A stretch of DNA of 63,216 bases, the filler included, from Sphacelaria rigidula (Eukaryota), in assembly GCA_964200075.2 (NCBI GenBank). It is 6 parts of 6 records of this genome, joined end to end, with 100 filler letters (N's around TTAATTAATTAA, not from the genome) between each part and the next. Parts side by side here need not be neighbours in the genome. Positions count along the whole stretch, not along the records: positions 1 to 10,454 come from CAXNAA020006461.1; positions 10,555 to 21,007 come from CAXNAA020006462.1; 4 more parts are not named here. The stretch is one strand, 5' to 3'. Below, piece by piece: positions 1-12,339 of this stretch. Each line of letters opens with the position of its first letter. The stretch's first letter is position 1. The position numbers and the translations under genes are program-made. Below the pieces are notes generated by a model. That model saw only the letters and a list, made by a program, of their open reading frames with translations. It was not told the DNA's origin and made no database searches.

Positions 1-1330
1 GATCGGCTCCGACCACTCGCCACGGACCTGTCCACGTGGACATCAACTTTGGCGTCACACCTTGCCTCCGAACACGGGCATACAAGACGAAATCGCCAAC
101 TGCAAACTTGGGTAACACAGCCTGGCCCTGAGCAAGCTTGCGTTTGGTTTCGCGAGACACCGCGACAGCAGCTTGCACTTCGTTACAAAACCGCACTTGC
201 TCGTCAACCACGCCTCGAACCTTGTCACGCAACGAATCAGCATCCATGATACCGACGTTCCATTCGCAGCCAGTGACAGAAGCCAGCGCGGAAAACGCTG
301 TACGCGGTGTACGCCCAAACATCACACAATGCGGAGTGTTACGGTAGCGCTCACGGAAAGAAGCATTCAACGCCCACTGAGCGGCTGGCAAAACATCAAC
401 CCATTCAGACAGCGACCGTCGCTGTTCCGGCAGAATAGACCGCAACGCACGAATAACCTCTTTCACCATGCGTTCACTAACACCATTCGACCAAGGGGTA
501 TACGCAACAGCAAATTGGTGTTGCACCTTCAGCGCATCGCTCAGCTGCGCGATCACTCGATTCTTGAAGGGCGTGGTGGTATCACTAACCCAAACACGCG
601 GCACCCCCAAAGTCTTGCACCAATGGAGTAAGTGCTTTGCCGTAACCTCGGTGGCGCAAGCCTCGGTCGGCTCCAAGCAAATGAAATTGAACAAATCATC
701 CATGATAACCACAACGTACCGAAAACCATCCTCCTTAGGCCAAGATTTAGCACCGTCAGGTCCGCTACTTCTGACGTACATAAAATCAAAGTGAACAAGT
801 TCACCCGGCGGAATACCATACACAGTATCGCCATACGGACGAGGTACAATCGCACCAGCACTAGTGTCTACACAATCCAAACACTGGCTAACGAACTCGC
901 GAACGTGGGAATCCATGTGAGGCCACACACAGTGTTCTTTCGAACGAAACAGAGTCGGCGCCACACCACGATGACCAGCCGACGGCATGTGAGCGCACAC
1001 CATCAAGCGAGTTTGAAGAGCCTTATTATCCGACGGAATCCACAAAACATCACTTCTGCCAACACGTACGCGAAACAAACCATCGTCAGCCAAAGTAGCT
1101 TGACCGAAAGTCGCAGGAAAGGAATTAGCACTGTCGCCGACTGTTTTGCGCGGTGCAGTACGAATGGCATCTAACTAGGGCAGCGAATCATCGGCACCAC
1201 ACGGGCTGTACACGGCAACGGAATGAACAGGCACGGTAGGAACCTTCACCAAGCCAGACAACAAATCTCCCCAAAAGAGTGCGTTCTCCAGGAATGTGTT
1301 CACTGACATACCGATATTGTTGTTGGACTC
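1..1330 (-). pseudogene. pol: Gypsy RNaseH C-terminus plus integrase (stops/frameshifts)
   Basis: AHMPSAGHRGVAPT...WPHMDSHVREFVSQCLDC zinc-binding region, DDE core, GPY/F-type motif. Confidence 0.88.
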
Positions 1331-1334
1331 CCAG

Positions 1335-2851
1335 CTACTCCCGCACGTCTTCAAGGCTTGGCATCACCCCCGGAGACTGTTCCACTTGAGCGTTCACCGC
1401 CTGATAGCCGCTGACCAAACGGACTGTGTCCCTCTTCGGCACCGCGATCGCCGCACTCGCCCACGCAGCCTGAATATTCCTAACCAACAAACCGAATGCC
1501 ACCCAAACTGCGATGCATGAAGCAAGCCACACGGTCTTCACTGGGTCGGGCCGGCAAAACTTGGCCTTCACAGCCTCCTTCATTGGCCCCACGCGCGCTG
1601 GCGGATCACCACGCAGCGCACGACGAAATGTATCTACGCGACGAGCCGAATTATCGCGCAGACAATGTGCGCCACCGGCGTTCAGGCCCTTCTGCTCGGC
1701 CTGATGCACGCTATCCTCAAGCGCACGTTCTCTTGCACCTCTCTCCTCTGCTGGGTCCATGAACATATCAGGCCCCCGATCGACCAAGCGCTCTACCGCT
1801 TCATCTGCAGGAGCCTCCTCCTCACTGGCGCTCTGGAATGATCGTATGGATACGATCACACGCCCTACAGCAAGGTAACTGGGGTTTTCCACGCCGGTTT
1901 GCACCGGCACAGCACGCGGACGTAACTTCTCCAACGCCAGCGGGTACAAATCAATCCCGAGCTCCTTCATCGTCGCCATCCCGAATAGAACACGTTTTCC
2001 CTACCGGGCATGACAGTGAAAGTAATGGGCTGCAACTCCACAGTCCCCCACGGCGTACGCACGCTGACAGTAACCGGCACCGTTTTATGTGTAACCGTCA
2101 CGGGAGCACCCGTGGCGGTCTGCGCTGTTTGCGGTCCGTTTTCGGACGGAATCTGAAGCTGAGCGCCGCTAAACTGTGAAGATATTTGCTCTAGCAACCC
2201 CACACCGATCGACGTGAGTGCGGACCCAGAATCCAGAATAACGCGGGCCATCAACGAACCTACGAAATCAGGCAAGGAAAAATTTGCGCGTAAGCATTCA
2301 GCCTTGCGAGCGACAGGTACCACGCCTGCCGAAGAACCCTGTTCGGTCCCAAGAGCCACCTGACGCCAGGGCTGCCCTCCAGCCCTTGACATCGATAGCT
2401 GCGAATCTTCGGTCCAACCAGACCAAGTCGCCGAATATGTGGACGGCGCTGATACAGCCGTCGCAGCAGTAGGAGATATATCAGACACGGATCCTGCCTG
2501 GCCGAGGGATTGCGAACCATTCGCTCCAGCACTCCCCACCGAAGTATTTGTATTTCCCACGTACACTGTCCGCCCCGACACGGACGAACCATAAGATCCA
2601 GAGCCACCACCTGATGACGTCGTGGAAGAAACAGCAGCGGAGGAACCACCATCCACTGCCGATTGCGCGCTACCGCGGCCGCCGCGGCCGCGTCCCTGAT
2701 TGGCACGGCCCCGTCCACCGTGACGACCGACCCGAGATCCTGGTAAGCCTCGTGCATTACCCTGTGCAGCGCCTTGAGCGCGAGGCTTGGGGCAGTCCTT
2801 GATTATATGTCCGGTGTCGCCGCAGTTGTAACACGCGCGAGTGGACGACAC
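1335..2851 (-). pseudogene. pol: Gag zinc knuckle, aspartic protease and RT N-terminus (frameshifted)
   Basis: ORF 1967-2851 has CX2CX4HX4C and ILDSGS; ORF 1335-1979 has WASAAIAVPKRDTVRLVSGYQAVNAQVE, then RT breaks off. Confidence 0.85.
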
Positions 2852-3555
2852 TGTTTCTGTTTCTGTTGCTGTTTGCGGCGCATACCACCTGCACTTATTG
2901 CAGAGTCGCGCCGACCATGTGCTTCAATGAACTTCCATTGGTCGGCGGCATCAAAAATCTTGTTGAACACCACCGTCGGGTTGTTTTTCCAGCCGTTAAC
3001 ATACGTTAGTATACTTCTGACATACGCCTTGAATTCTGAGAGCAAAATCCCGTCCGCCAAAGCTATGGAAACCGACTCGGCCGGGCCTGGCAACCAACTC
3101 CTGTCCTCCGCACGGTACATGGCTTGCACCGTCAGGTTCTCTGCGAAATACTTTCCCATCGCTGGAGTGACCATCATCGCACGATCCTTTACAGATTTCC
3201 CACTGCTTTGTGGCATAATAAGAAGTATACGCAGGTCTGCTGCAGCCCGCGTAGCGTCATGCTTTTCGCCGGTTGTGGTGTACCCGGCATGCTTCTTCAC
3301 AGAGTCAAGCATTTCGTCGGGGGTCATAGCCCGACCGTCCTTGTACATGTCTTCGAAGCAGCGGCGAATGTATGTGAGGATGAGTTGACTTATGCTTACC
3401 CTCTCATGCCCCACATTAGCGAGATTCAAACGCTGTATGTAGTCAAGATATGTGGCATAGAAATTCCTTGACGCCTCCTCCGTTCACACTTCGCCATACG
3501 TTGGCGGCTCTAGTGATTCACCTGACACCCGCGGCGCTGCCGCCGCTTGAGCCAT
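2803..3555 (-). pseudogene. gag: Gag (copy 1, disrupted)
   Basis: Begins MAQAAAAPR at the LTR edge; near-identical to 4578-5186; leads into the CCHC knuckle. Confidence 0.8.
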
Positions 3556-4008
3556 GTCGACTATGCTTCAAACACTTCACTGAGAGACTCTTGCCTGACT
3601 TGTGCGTCCTCCAGCCCACGGAGCGTCCCCCTCTGCTGGGCGCTGCAAGTTGTCTCTCTGTCTGCGGGCTAAACTGGCTCTAAGCTGCAGCCCACTTTCT
3701 CCTCAGCCAAAACTCCGCTCACAGAGTGCCGGAAGAATGATATCCAGATATTATTGCCTCTGCCAGACGATCTGGACAGGAGGGCTATCTACGAGGGACT
3801 CCTAGAGTAGCACCGGCCTCTTGCTCGACAAGTCTTTTCTTCTAACTTGGAATATTGCGGAGTGATCCTCAACAGACCACATCAATAGCCCGACAGCAAG
3901 GGGCCACACAGATGAGAGTTATCCATCCAGGATCCCCTGTCCCCTGCCACTGCTCCAATCATGCATGCGATTATACTGAAACCCACGGCTTGGTATCATT
4001 TGGCTACA
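3555..4008 (-). repeat. LTR (~454 bp)
   Basis: Minus strand TGTAGCCAAATG...GTCGACA; homology with 5186-5643 ends at these termini. Confidence 0.85.
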
Positions 4009-4359
4009 ACTCGAAATATTTCACACCTGGACAATGACGATATATGGTCAATAGTTGCAATAAGCAAAGGATAATTGGCATCATGTCGTCTCGAAAATAA
4101 AGTTGGAGTTCCTAACGGCGTTACTGACACATACATGCGTAAGTGAGCGGTATAGCGTCCACTCTGACGGGGAACATGCCACACACATACTACAACTATA
4201 CAGTTGTAAGATTCTAATAATACTGCAGACATACTACGACGGTACCGCTGTAAGGTTACAATCATAATCCATGTCAGGTATGAATGAGTGCTAATACTGC
4301 GTGAAGTGTAGGCCTGTTGCAACTATTGTCGCGAAATCTTTGCGGTCAACGGGCCCATC

Positions 4360-5643
4360 CCTCGAGACAGCAGACTGATCTCGAGGAAGGGGCGGGGTTG
4401 AACATGTGCCGAGAATGCATGGATGATGCTCTGCTCCCACAATGCCATTCACACGTTCTCGCGAAGACGGCTGCTGTTTCTGTTGCTGTTGCTGTTTGCG
4501 GCGCATACCACCTGCACATAGTTGTTGCAGAGTCGCGCCGGCCATGTGCTTCAATGAACTTCTATTGGTCGGCGGCATCAAAAATCTTGTTGAACGCCAC
4601 ACGTCGGGTTGTTTTTCCGGCCGTCAACATACGTTAGTACACTTCTGACATACGCCTTGAATTCTGAGAGCGAAATCCCGTCCACCAAAGCTATGGAAAC
4701 CGACTCGGCCGGGCCTGGCAGCCAACTCCTGTCCTCCGCACGGTACATGGCTTGCACCGTCAGGTTCTCTGCAAAAAAGGCTGGAGTGACCATCATCGCA
4801 CGATCCTTTACAGATTTCCCACTGCTTTGTGGCATAAAAAGAACTGTACGGAGGTCTGCTGCAGCCCGCGCAGTGTCATGCTTTTCGCCAGTTGTGGTGT
4901 ACCCGGTATGCTGCTTCATAGAGTCAAGCATTTCGTCGGGGGTCATAGCCAAACCATCCTTGTACATGTCTTCGAAGCAGCGGCGAATGTATGTGAGGAT
5001 GAGTTGACTTATGCTTACCCTCTCATGCCGTATTAATCCCCGTGAATTCGCGAGATTCAAACGCTGTATGTAGTGAAGATATGCTGCGAAAAAAACGCGT
5101 GATGCCTCCTCTGTCCATACTTCGCCGTACGTTGGCGGTTCTAGTGGCTCACCCAACACCCGCGGCGCTGCCGCCGCTTGAGCCATGTCGACTATGCTTC
5201 AAACACTTCACGGAGAGACTCTTGCCTGACTTGTGTGTCCTCCAGCTCACGGAGCGTCTCCGTTTACTGTGCGCTTCAAGTTGATCTCCTCCTGTCTGCG
5301 GGCTGAACTGGCTCTAAGCTGCAGCCCACTTTCTCCTCAGCCAAACTCCTCTAACAGAGTGCCGGGAGAATATCTAGATATTGTAGCCTCTGCCAGACGA
5401 TCTGGACAGGAGGACTATCCACGAGAGACTCCTCCAGTAGCACTGACTGGCCTCGTGCTCAGCAAGTCCTTTCTTCTAACTTGTTATTATCACGGAGTGA
5501 TCCTCAACACACCACATCATGAGCAAAACAGCAAGGGGCCACACAGATGAGGGTCATCAATCCAGGATCCCCTGTTCCCTGCCACTGCTCCACTCATGCA
5601 TGCGATTATACTGAAATCTACGACTTGTTATCATTTGGATACA
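4360..5643 (-). mobile_element. gag: Second 3'-truncated copy of the same Gypsy family (LTR 5186-5643 plus gag 4578-5186)
   Basis: LTR TGTATCCAAATG...GTCGACA; 202-aa Gag ORF collinear with copy 1. Confidence 0.85.
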
Positions 5644-5899
5644 GACAGCAGCTTGCATTCGTTTTTAGGCTAGCCAAGGTAGTGTTGATGATGTTCTCGG
5701 CCCCGCAACATTTCCGACGGCCTTTTTCCCGGTTTTGCCATCACTTCGCCAAACCGGCGCTGATCGAGTCAACATTCGCGCGTACGAGTTCCATTCTCAC
5801 TCTACAAGTCCTTCCTTCATATGTTGCGTATGACATTCTCGTTACCCGGTTTCGAACAGTGAGCCTTCATCATACACGTCTTCTGAAGGTACGTGGAAC

Positions 5900-6400
5900 G
5901 TGGCATCATCCTGGGAGAACTTCGTGATTTTTCTCTCGGGGTTAACGGACATGAGCACCCGGATTTACACCGAACCGGCAAAATAAGAACGATTTATGTC
6001 GGGCGGCTTGGCGAATACGCCGTATTGCCGAACACGTCATACACACGTGAGATATCACCGGATGCGTATTGCCGAAAGCCAATTAAGGAAATCGAAACGA
6101 ATTCTGACATTCATTGCTAAACTGACGGGGACATGAGGTGCTGCACAATGCAGACCTCGGGGTGTGCAACAGGCCCAACACGCAAATCAACAATTATTGC
6201 AAGCGTTTACGGATGGCCGCAGTCTTCTGGTTCGAACAACCCATCACCATATACATCGGCCATTCCCTGTGAGAAGACTGCCTCTTGTGGGAAGGAACAA
6301 GATTTAGATACCCAAAGTGCCAATTTTGACCCTTTCTTAGGCGGCGTTCTTCGCGTAAAGAGACGACTGCCTAGCGGGTAAGGTTATCTCGGGATGATGA
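5900..6400 (-). pseudogene. Possible CACTA/Plavaka-like transposase remnant
   Basis: Fragments SSHREWPMYMVMGCSNQKTAAIRKR..LICVLGLL and RVYDVFG resemble the WPxY...N...R motif; heavily decayed. Confidence 0.3.
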
Positions 6401-6536
6401 CTCCTCCTGAGGTTTGAGGGAATTCCGGCACACTTTGGCGATGTTGTGAACGCACAGTTTGACGGTCGACCAACAACCAACGAATGGACTGCACTAACCT
6501 TGCACATTTATTCCCGAAAAGAGTGACCACTCTGAA

Positions 6537-7297
6537 CAAAGTTTCCGAGAGATTGAGTCTAGCATTGATTGAGAGTGATTTCTATCATTCGCTTGAACTT
6601 GACCCATGTTTCATGTTCTGTGTGCTTTTTTCGCCTGTAACTGGACACGGGGTTTAACAAATTGGGGCTGAATCTTTTGTTGAGGATGAGAAACCCGGAG
6701 AATTGAAATCTCCGTATCCACACCAAACATTTGACATATGGTTCCATTTCTTTACTTGCTGGTAGCTATTGACAACTACTATAATACACGCCATGGAAAT
6801 CTTGATTTCGATAACCGAAATGTTGGGATCCTCGGTGAAAAACCTTTGGGGGGAATTTCGGCGATCTGCTTAATTCCCCAAAATTGTTGCTTCACCTACG
6901 ACCCCAACATGCCGGTTGTCGGGATCTCAATTTGTATGACGTGTAGTAATTGTCAATAGCTACCGATAGGTGAAGGAATGGAACTATGACTCGAAGCTTT
7001 GGTGTGGATACGAACATTTGATTTTGATTTCTCCGCGTTTCTCATCCTCGATAAAGAAATACATCCCCAATAATTTGTAAAACACCGTGTTACTGTCGTG
7101 TACTTACAGCTACATGTGCACGCCGAGATATATTCTACTCAGCGACATCAAAGGCTTCAGTGACAAGCTACTACAAAAAGTGTCTTGGGTCTCGCAGAAC
7201 GCTTGGAGGGGCATTGCGGAACTGAAACGATTGAATCAATAAATTGACCGCTTCTCACTCTCAAATGTTTCCTAGATTTGCAATCTCACAAAAACAT
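6537..7297. mobile_element. MITE family M1 (TIR ~CAAYGTTTTCGTGAGATTGAGAG) carrying a nested inverted-repeat element
   Basis: Ends match 36923-37218 and 26990-27251. Confidence 0.6.
6643..7091. mobile_element. Nested MITE with ~90-bp imperfect TIRs (CACGG...CCGTG)
   Basis: 6645-6730 is the reverse complement of ~6996-7090 (ggtgtggatacg, tttctcatcctc). Confidence 0.65.
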
Positions 7298-7429
7298 TGT
7301 TGTAGGCTCACCATGGCGGAAAGAAGAAAGATCGCACCAACCTTGTTCGCCACCTGCGTTGCAATTGATACGAAGCGGCCGAAGTAAGTACAACCAAAAA
7401 GACAGAGCACAGAGCCTCCCTTATTTACT

Positions 7430-7547
7430 CGTCACGACTCTGGGGGTGCCGCGTGTTTGGGTTAGTGATACCGCCACGCACTTCAAGAATCGAGTGATCG
7501 CGCAGCTGGGCGATGCGCTGAAGGTGCAACACCAATTTGCTGTTGTC
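7430..7547 (+). pseudogene. Gypsy integrase core fragment
   Basis: LGVPRVWVSDTATHFKNRVIAQLGDALKVQHQFAV; reverse-complement match to ~505-610. Confidence 0.8.
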
Positions 7548-9623
7548 ATGAAGATGCATACTAGCCTGTGGTCATGCCGCTTCAGAGCCGTTGTCGGAGT
7601 CTGGCTTGCGGTAATATTGGGAATCCAGGTAGACAAGGAACCCCGGTAGACAAGACTACAGGTCTGTTCAGAGTTGGTCGGATACGAATGTGAACCTGTA
7701 TAATTACAGGGATGGATTTGTCTTTGATCGTGCTACACGATCAAAGCCCCCCCCACCAACCACTATCAACTGCTCCTCTATTGCCCTCCAGCAAAAGAAG
7801 TCTAACTATCGATGAGACGCATTGGGTTGAATTGGACTGATTGAGTGGGTACTGGAGTTAGAATGAAGATAATCAAGAGAGAAGTAAAGAACCTATTCGC
7901 GTGAACCTCGTCTGATATTTGGATACTGAGCGGGTCACACGGTATCTACAAGTTGTAGCAGCCAGACGGTTGTACACTTGTCTGCCAAGCTTGTGCCTTG
8001 GGTTGCAAGCTGTGTCCTTGCATTATACTGCCGCTGCTCTTTATTACATTGGCGTTTGACTAAGGAGCTTTTTCTTTGGCTATTGCGTTTCTTTCTTGTA
8101 CCGATTTGTATCCCTAGCTGCCAGCTGTGTACTCCAGTTTTTTTATTATTTGCCCCCTTCCCCTTCGGAGTTGTAGTCAAATCCACCGCCAGGTAGTCAG
8201 TAGCTCTCGAGCTTCTGCCCCGTGTGTCCCTCGGTAAAGTGTATTCGTGCCCTGCTACTTGCAATTGCTGTAGCGCTCGACGCCACATCTTGTGTGGTCA
8301 ACGTGGGGTCAACGCGCACTGCTTGCTATTCTTGCCGTGCTGTCAATTTGACATCACCTGCACAAGGCCCCACGGTATCAGTTTCGCCTGCACGGCTGTG
8401 AATCTTTTCGTGATTCACCAGCCCGGCTCGACCACCGCACTAAGCCATCGTTGGCTCGTGTATTTGGTCTTGTGGCCTCCTTTCCTTCTACAGAATAAGT
8501 CTTCTACTACAGTTTTGTACAGAACACCAGTGCACAAAGGCGCACTGTTGTTCATCGCCAGCCGTTGTTCCTGACCTGAGCTCCTGCCAAGCCGGCACGC
8601 TGCTGCTCTTATTTTTCCGTATCGATTGTACGCGACTGTTGTACCTTTCCTTCACGAAATTACTGAACAAGTACAAACCGTGTTCACACAGTGTGATAAC
8701 GGACATCTGCACACGAACCTTGGAGTGTTCCGGCACTTTACCTTCGTTGCTCGTAGCGACCTTGTTGTTGTTGTAGCTTTAGCTTCGTTGCTGGTGGCTA
8801 CTTTGTTCTTGTTGTCCTCTTGTGTACTTCGCACAACCGTAAGGCAACGCGGTACATCACCGTGGTAAGTAACAATACACAGCATAACGTAATGAGCTTT
8901 TTCTCCTTTGACCCCTTCTCGATCGAACAAATTTATTGTTCCGAGACGGTTTCGTTGAAATACTACCAGTTGAAACATTTCAACCTCCGTTACGTGCTAT
9001 TTGAACAGACAGCACCCGAAATCAGTGCCCCTTGCCTGCGCACTAAAACTTTTTCGGCACCCGCTCCTAGCGTTGCCCCTGTTGTGCATCACATCGCCTT
9101 TGTTCCGCATACACACGTTGTCCCAACTTCGTTGGATAACAAGCCTTCGCTCTGCACTCCGCAGTCCGAGTTCGCGGTCTACAACCCAAGCTTTGTAAAA
9201 GTTTTGTGCTGCCTTACGCTGCACACTTTTCGTGCGCATCTGAGAATATATATATATATATATATCTTTAGTTCTTTTCATTTGCACACCGCCAGTCGGT
9301 CCTCAACTTGTGCTGGAATCATACATTTATAGTCTGCCCGTGACGCTACATCCGCAACACGTGTAAGTTGTTCTTCCACGTACCAACGCTGCTACAGACA
9401 ATCGGGTCTTCGCTTGTCTTCGACAATATACGTCTGTTCTGTGCACAACCCCGTGCTAGCTATTACCGCCACAACTTGAAAAAAGTTGTATTAATCGGAC
9501 CCCGGACATCGCTGTTACAAACCGCAATTCGCTGGAATAAATTACTCAAGTAAATCAGGTTCAGGCGCTATTAGGCTTTATTATCCAGTATTTTCCGGAT
9601 CAAGCTTCGGCTTCTGCACGTAG

Positions 9624-10454
9624 CATCATCTGGTGTCACGCTCCTTTGATTAGAGCCGCAGATCAGCATACTGCGCCTTCCTTTTTAAGCACAAAGGCTG
9701 CGTACGATTATCATGTCACACAAAATAACGCTGGCTCTTTCCCTCAATTGGGAAACCAACCGCTTCGCCGGACCCGGAGTCAAACTACTGGCGGTTCAAA
9801 ATCTTTCAAGATAAGCGGCACGTCTCCTTCGACAAATGGCCGCACGTATGCGAGCGCTGTTCGTTCTTCGAGATCTGAAGACCAACATTCGAGCGAAGCT
9901 CATACTTCAACGCTTGAAGGCCAGACTTTGACGCCGAGACCTGTTTTCTCACGTTCCGACCCGGACTCAGAGAACATGGTAGTGGAACCGGCCGAGTCAT
10001 TGGTTCCTGATGCGCATGTCAGTGAGCCCATAACGGTGGGTTCTGTCGCACACTCCTCGCTGGCCCCTGCTCTCCCGAATCCCAATGTGGAATCCGGAGT
10101 TAGGATTGTGCCCTCAGTCGGGTCGTTGCCCCTGGACACACGTATCCAGCTCGGCTCTGTCACGGTTGCTTCAACCTTGGCACCCCGTCGCTTGACGGCT
10201 GACAACTCTCGAGACGATTCTGTCCCAACGAAGCGCATCGCTTCTGGAGCAAGAGACTTTGTCACACGGGCTGCTTCCGTTACGGACCCCCTTCGCACGA
10301 CTCTTAATAGTCCCATGCGCCCTCCTACGCAGTCCAATGTCGGACCTGCAGTTGCGGCCATGCATGCTGCCATGCAAACTCTGCATCGCACCTCCTCGGC
10401 GTCGTCGCCATCGCCAGCGCCAGCTCTCATCGAGGCATTTACGGCTTTTTGCCA
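9624..10454 (+). mobile_element. Probable 5' part of another LTR retrotransposon: LTR end, PBS-like site and Gag-like Ser/Pro/Thr-rich ORF (9646-10454, runs into gap)
   Basis: CATCA-tc-TGGTGTCA (tRNA-Leu-like PBS start) at 9624-9638 directly precedes a 270-codon open frame containing LRRTRSQT; no diagnostic domain is reached before the contig end. Confidence 0.4.
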
Positions 10455-10554
10455 NNNNNNNNNNNNNNNNNNNNNNNNNNNNNNNNNNNNNNNNNNNNTT
10501 AATTAATTAANNNNNNNNNNNNNNNNNNNNNNNNNNNNNNNNNNNNNNNNNNNN
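10455..10554. other. Artificial contig spacer (N44-TTAATTAATTAA-N44); also at 21008-21107, 31561-31660, 42113-42212 and 52665-52764
   Basis: Identical 100-nt spacer with stops in all six frames; segment lengths 10454, 10453, 10453, 10452, 10452, 10452. Confidence 0.99.
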
Positions 10555-10625
10555 CCAACTCGTCTGTGTCGATGAGATATTGCTTTTAGAGCTTAAATCC
10601 GTTTTTAGGCTGGCCCAGCTCGTAG
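10555..10625 (-). mobile_element. Terminal fragment of the TA-flanked TIR family (same as 23543-26465)
   Basis: Reverse complement of 23541-23610, ending AGGCTGGCCCAGCTCG-TA. Confidence 0.8.
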
Positions 10626-11079
10626 GTATATGTTGTACTTTTTCCCTTCGATTCGTGCAGTATGAATCGCGTTATTCATGTACATGTTTCCCATCTGCCA
10701 TGCATACGAGGTGAATCAATCGCACGTGTATATCCCCTCTCATACACGCAGCATGAATCATGATCACATGTTCCTCACCTTCGATTCATACGAGATGAAT
10801 CAATCGTGCATGTTTCCCAATTTTCCCTTCATCCAGCATGAATCATACGTACATGTTTCCCACCAATGATTCATACAGGAATTATGATTCGTCTATATTT
10901 TGCACTCTTGATTCGTGTGACGCTACTTGAGGTGTAAACATTCTCAGTTCGTGATTCTTGCGGCATGACCCTGAACGTATAAGTTTGCCATCCGTGATTT
11001 ATACCGGATGCCTCTTTGGTACATGATCCGCATTCAACATGCATGGGGAGTTAATCCGTATGAACTCTGGTTCGTCCGA

Positions 11080-11363
11080 AGCGTGGAAGGTCACACACAG
11101 AAGTTGTCAAATTTTTAATTTGTCTGAATTATCTAGCCTTCTTCTGCGGTGCTTGCCTTCGTTTATATGACGGAACGGGGTTCGGCGGTCTCTTTCCGTC
11201 GTCGACCGTGAAATCGAATTTTGTGTGGACACGACAAGGTCGCTCTTCACTGTTGAGCGCGATGTGAGAAATCCCAGATGGTGTGACTTCACCGAGATTC
11301 GAACCCACGATCCAACCGCCAGAAGGTGTCGAGGTTACCAACTGAGCCACAAGGGCGACCGGC
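11080..11363 (-). mobile_element. tRNA-derived SINE family A
   Basis: Head GCCGGTCGCCC..TGGCTCAGTTGG (A box) and GGTTCGAATC (B box); body repeated at 14705-15025, 17705-18040, 22955-23300, 41418-41770; fragments at 31725-31810, 43800-43925, 57270-57490. Confidence 0.85.
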
Positions 11364-11713
11364 TGTACCGTGCTGAGTGCTGATCTAAATACTCCAGAGC
11401 GAATTGCAAAGCAAGAACTGGAGTGGGCCGGGGGGGGGAAGATGGGCCGGCTTATGTCTTTAGACTACGAACTCGTCCCGAGGAAGAGGGGGTGCTATCT
11501 AAAGTATAATGGAGAAATACAAATAAAGAGAGTGGTGCGTGTCGTGACGTTTCGCTGCTGGACTATCCCCTCTCCTTCCTCTTCCCCCCTCCCCCCCCCC
11601 CCCCCCCCGCCCCCCCTCCTTCCTCGGGCCTCGGCCCCGCCCGGCAGAGGGCCGGGGAGGGNNNNNNNNNNCTCTCCTTCCTCTTCCCCCCTCCCCCCTC
11701 CCCCATCCGGAAG

Positions 11714-11833
11714 GTCATTGTTGCTAGGGAGTACGGCCAGCGGGACAATGGAGCAGGCGAGAAGGCACAGCCAGATGCCTGCCGTGGTGGGGAACCTCAG
11801 GTACGCCCAGTGCCGGACTGACGCACTGATCTG
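11714..11833 (+). CDS. Internal exon A of host FAD-binding oxidoreductase-like gene
   Basis: AG|...|GTAAG, 120 nt, phase 2-2; SLLLGSTASGTMEQARRHSQMPAVVGNLRYAQCRTDALIW joins the next exon in frame (TG+G = Trp). Confidence 0.65.
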
Positions 11834-12339
11834 GTAAGGCCGGGTACTGGCGTAGCCTACTTTTTTATGCGGCAGTACAGACAGTGCTGTACCGTCTAGT
11901 ACTGTCTGTACTCTGCGCTGTCCATGCCTTTCACGTTACCCACATCTTGTTTAGTACACAGCCGCTGTACTACTGTGTGCAAACTGACAATTACATCCTA
12001 TACTGATGTATGCGGCAGTACAGGCAAGCACAGTGCTGTCTATGCTGCACGATTTCGACAGCACGGTTGATGCCGACAGATCATCAACGCCCGACGCCAC
12101 CCCCCGTGCGTCGGGATAGCAAAGCCAAGTCTGTTCTAGCGTGTGTGTTGCGCTGGAGACGTTCGAAATAGCTGCCAGGAGACTCCCCCGGATGGAGTAG
12201 AGGGGCTCTAACATCTCATATGCGTCTCTCCTGCCGTGTGTTCCAGCGGGTGATTCTAATCTCGCCGCCTTTTGGTTGGAAAATACCGTATTTTCAAAAT
12301 ACGCTCCGGAAAAACAAAGAAGTATTGGTGCCGGCTCGT

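Larger units (their letters stand above)
1..4008 (-). mobile_element. Ty3/Gypsy LTR retrotransposon, internally deleted and decayed (5' LTR-gag-PR-partial RT/RNaseH-IN), truncated at contig start
   Basis: 5' LTR 3555-4008 (TGT...ACA on minus), gag from ATG 3555, CCHC knuckle CYNCGDTGHIIKDC, protease LDSGSALT, RT start RLVSGYQAVN, RNaseH end YVSEHIPGE..WGDLLS, integrase HHCC and core (VHFDF, WVSDT..FKN, YTPWSNGVSERMVK), GPW motif KLMSTWTGPWRVV at 1-60. The PR-RT-RH-IN order is Gypsy-type. Confidence 0.92.

Noticed and set aside
11285-11363. tRNA gene (A/B boxes; also 22960 and 41420)
   Set aside because: Always attached to the same ~250-bp body and diverged between copies, so a SINE head.
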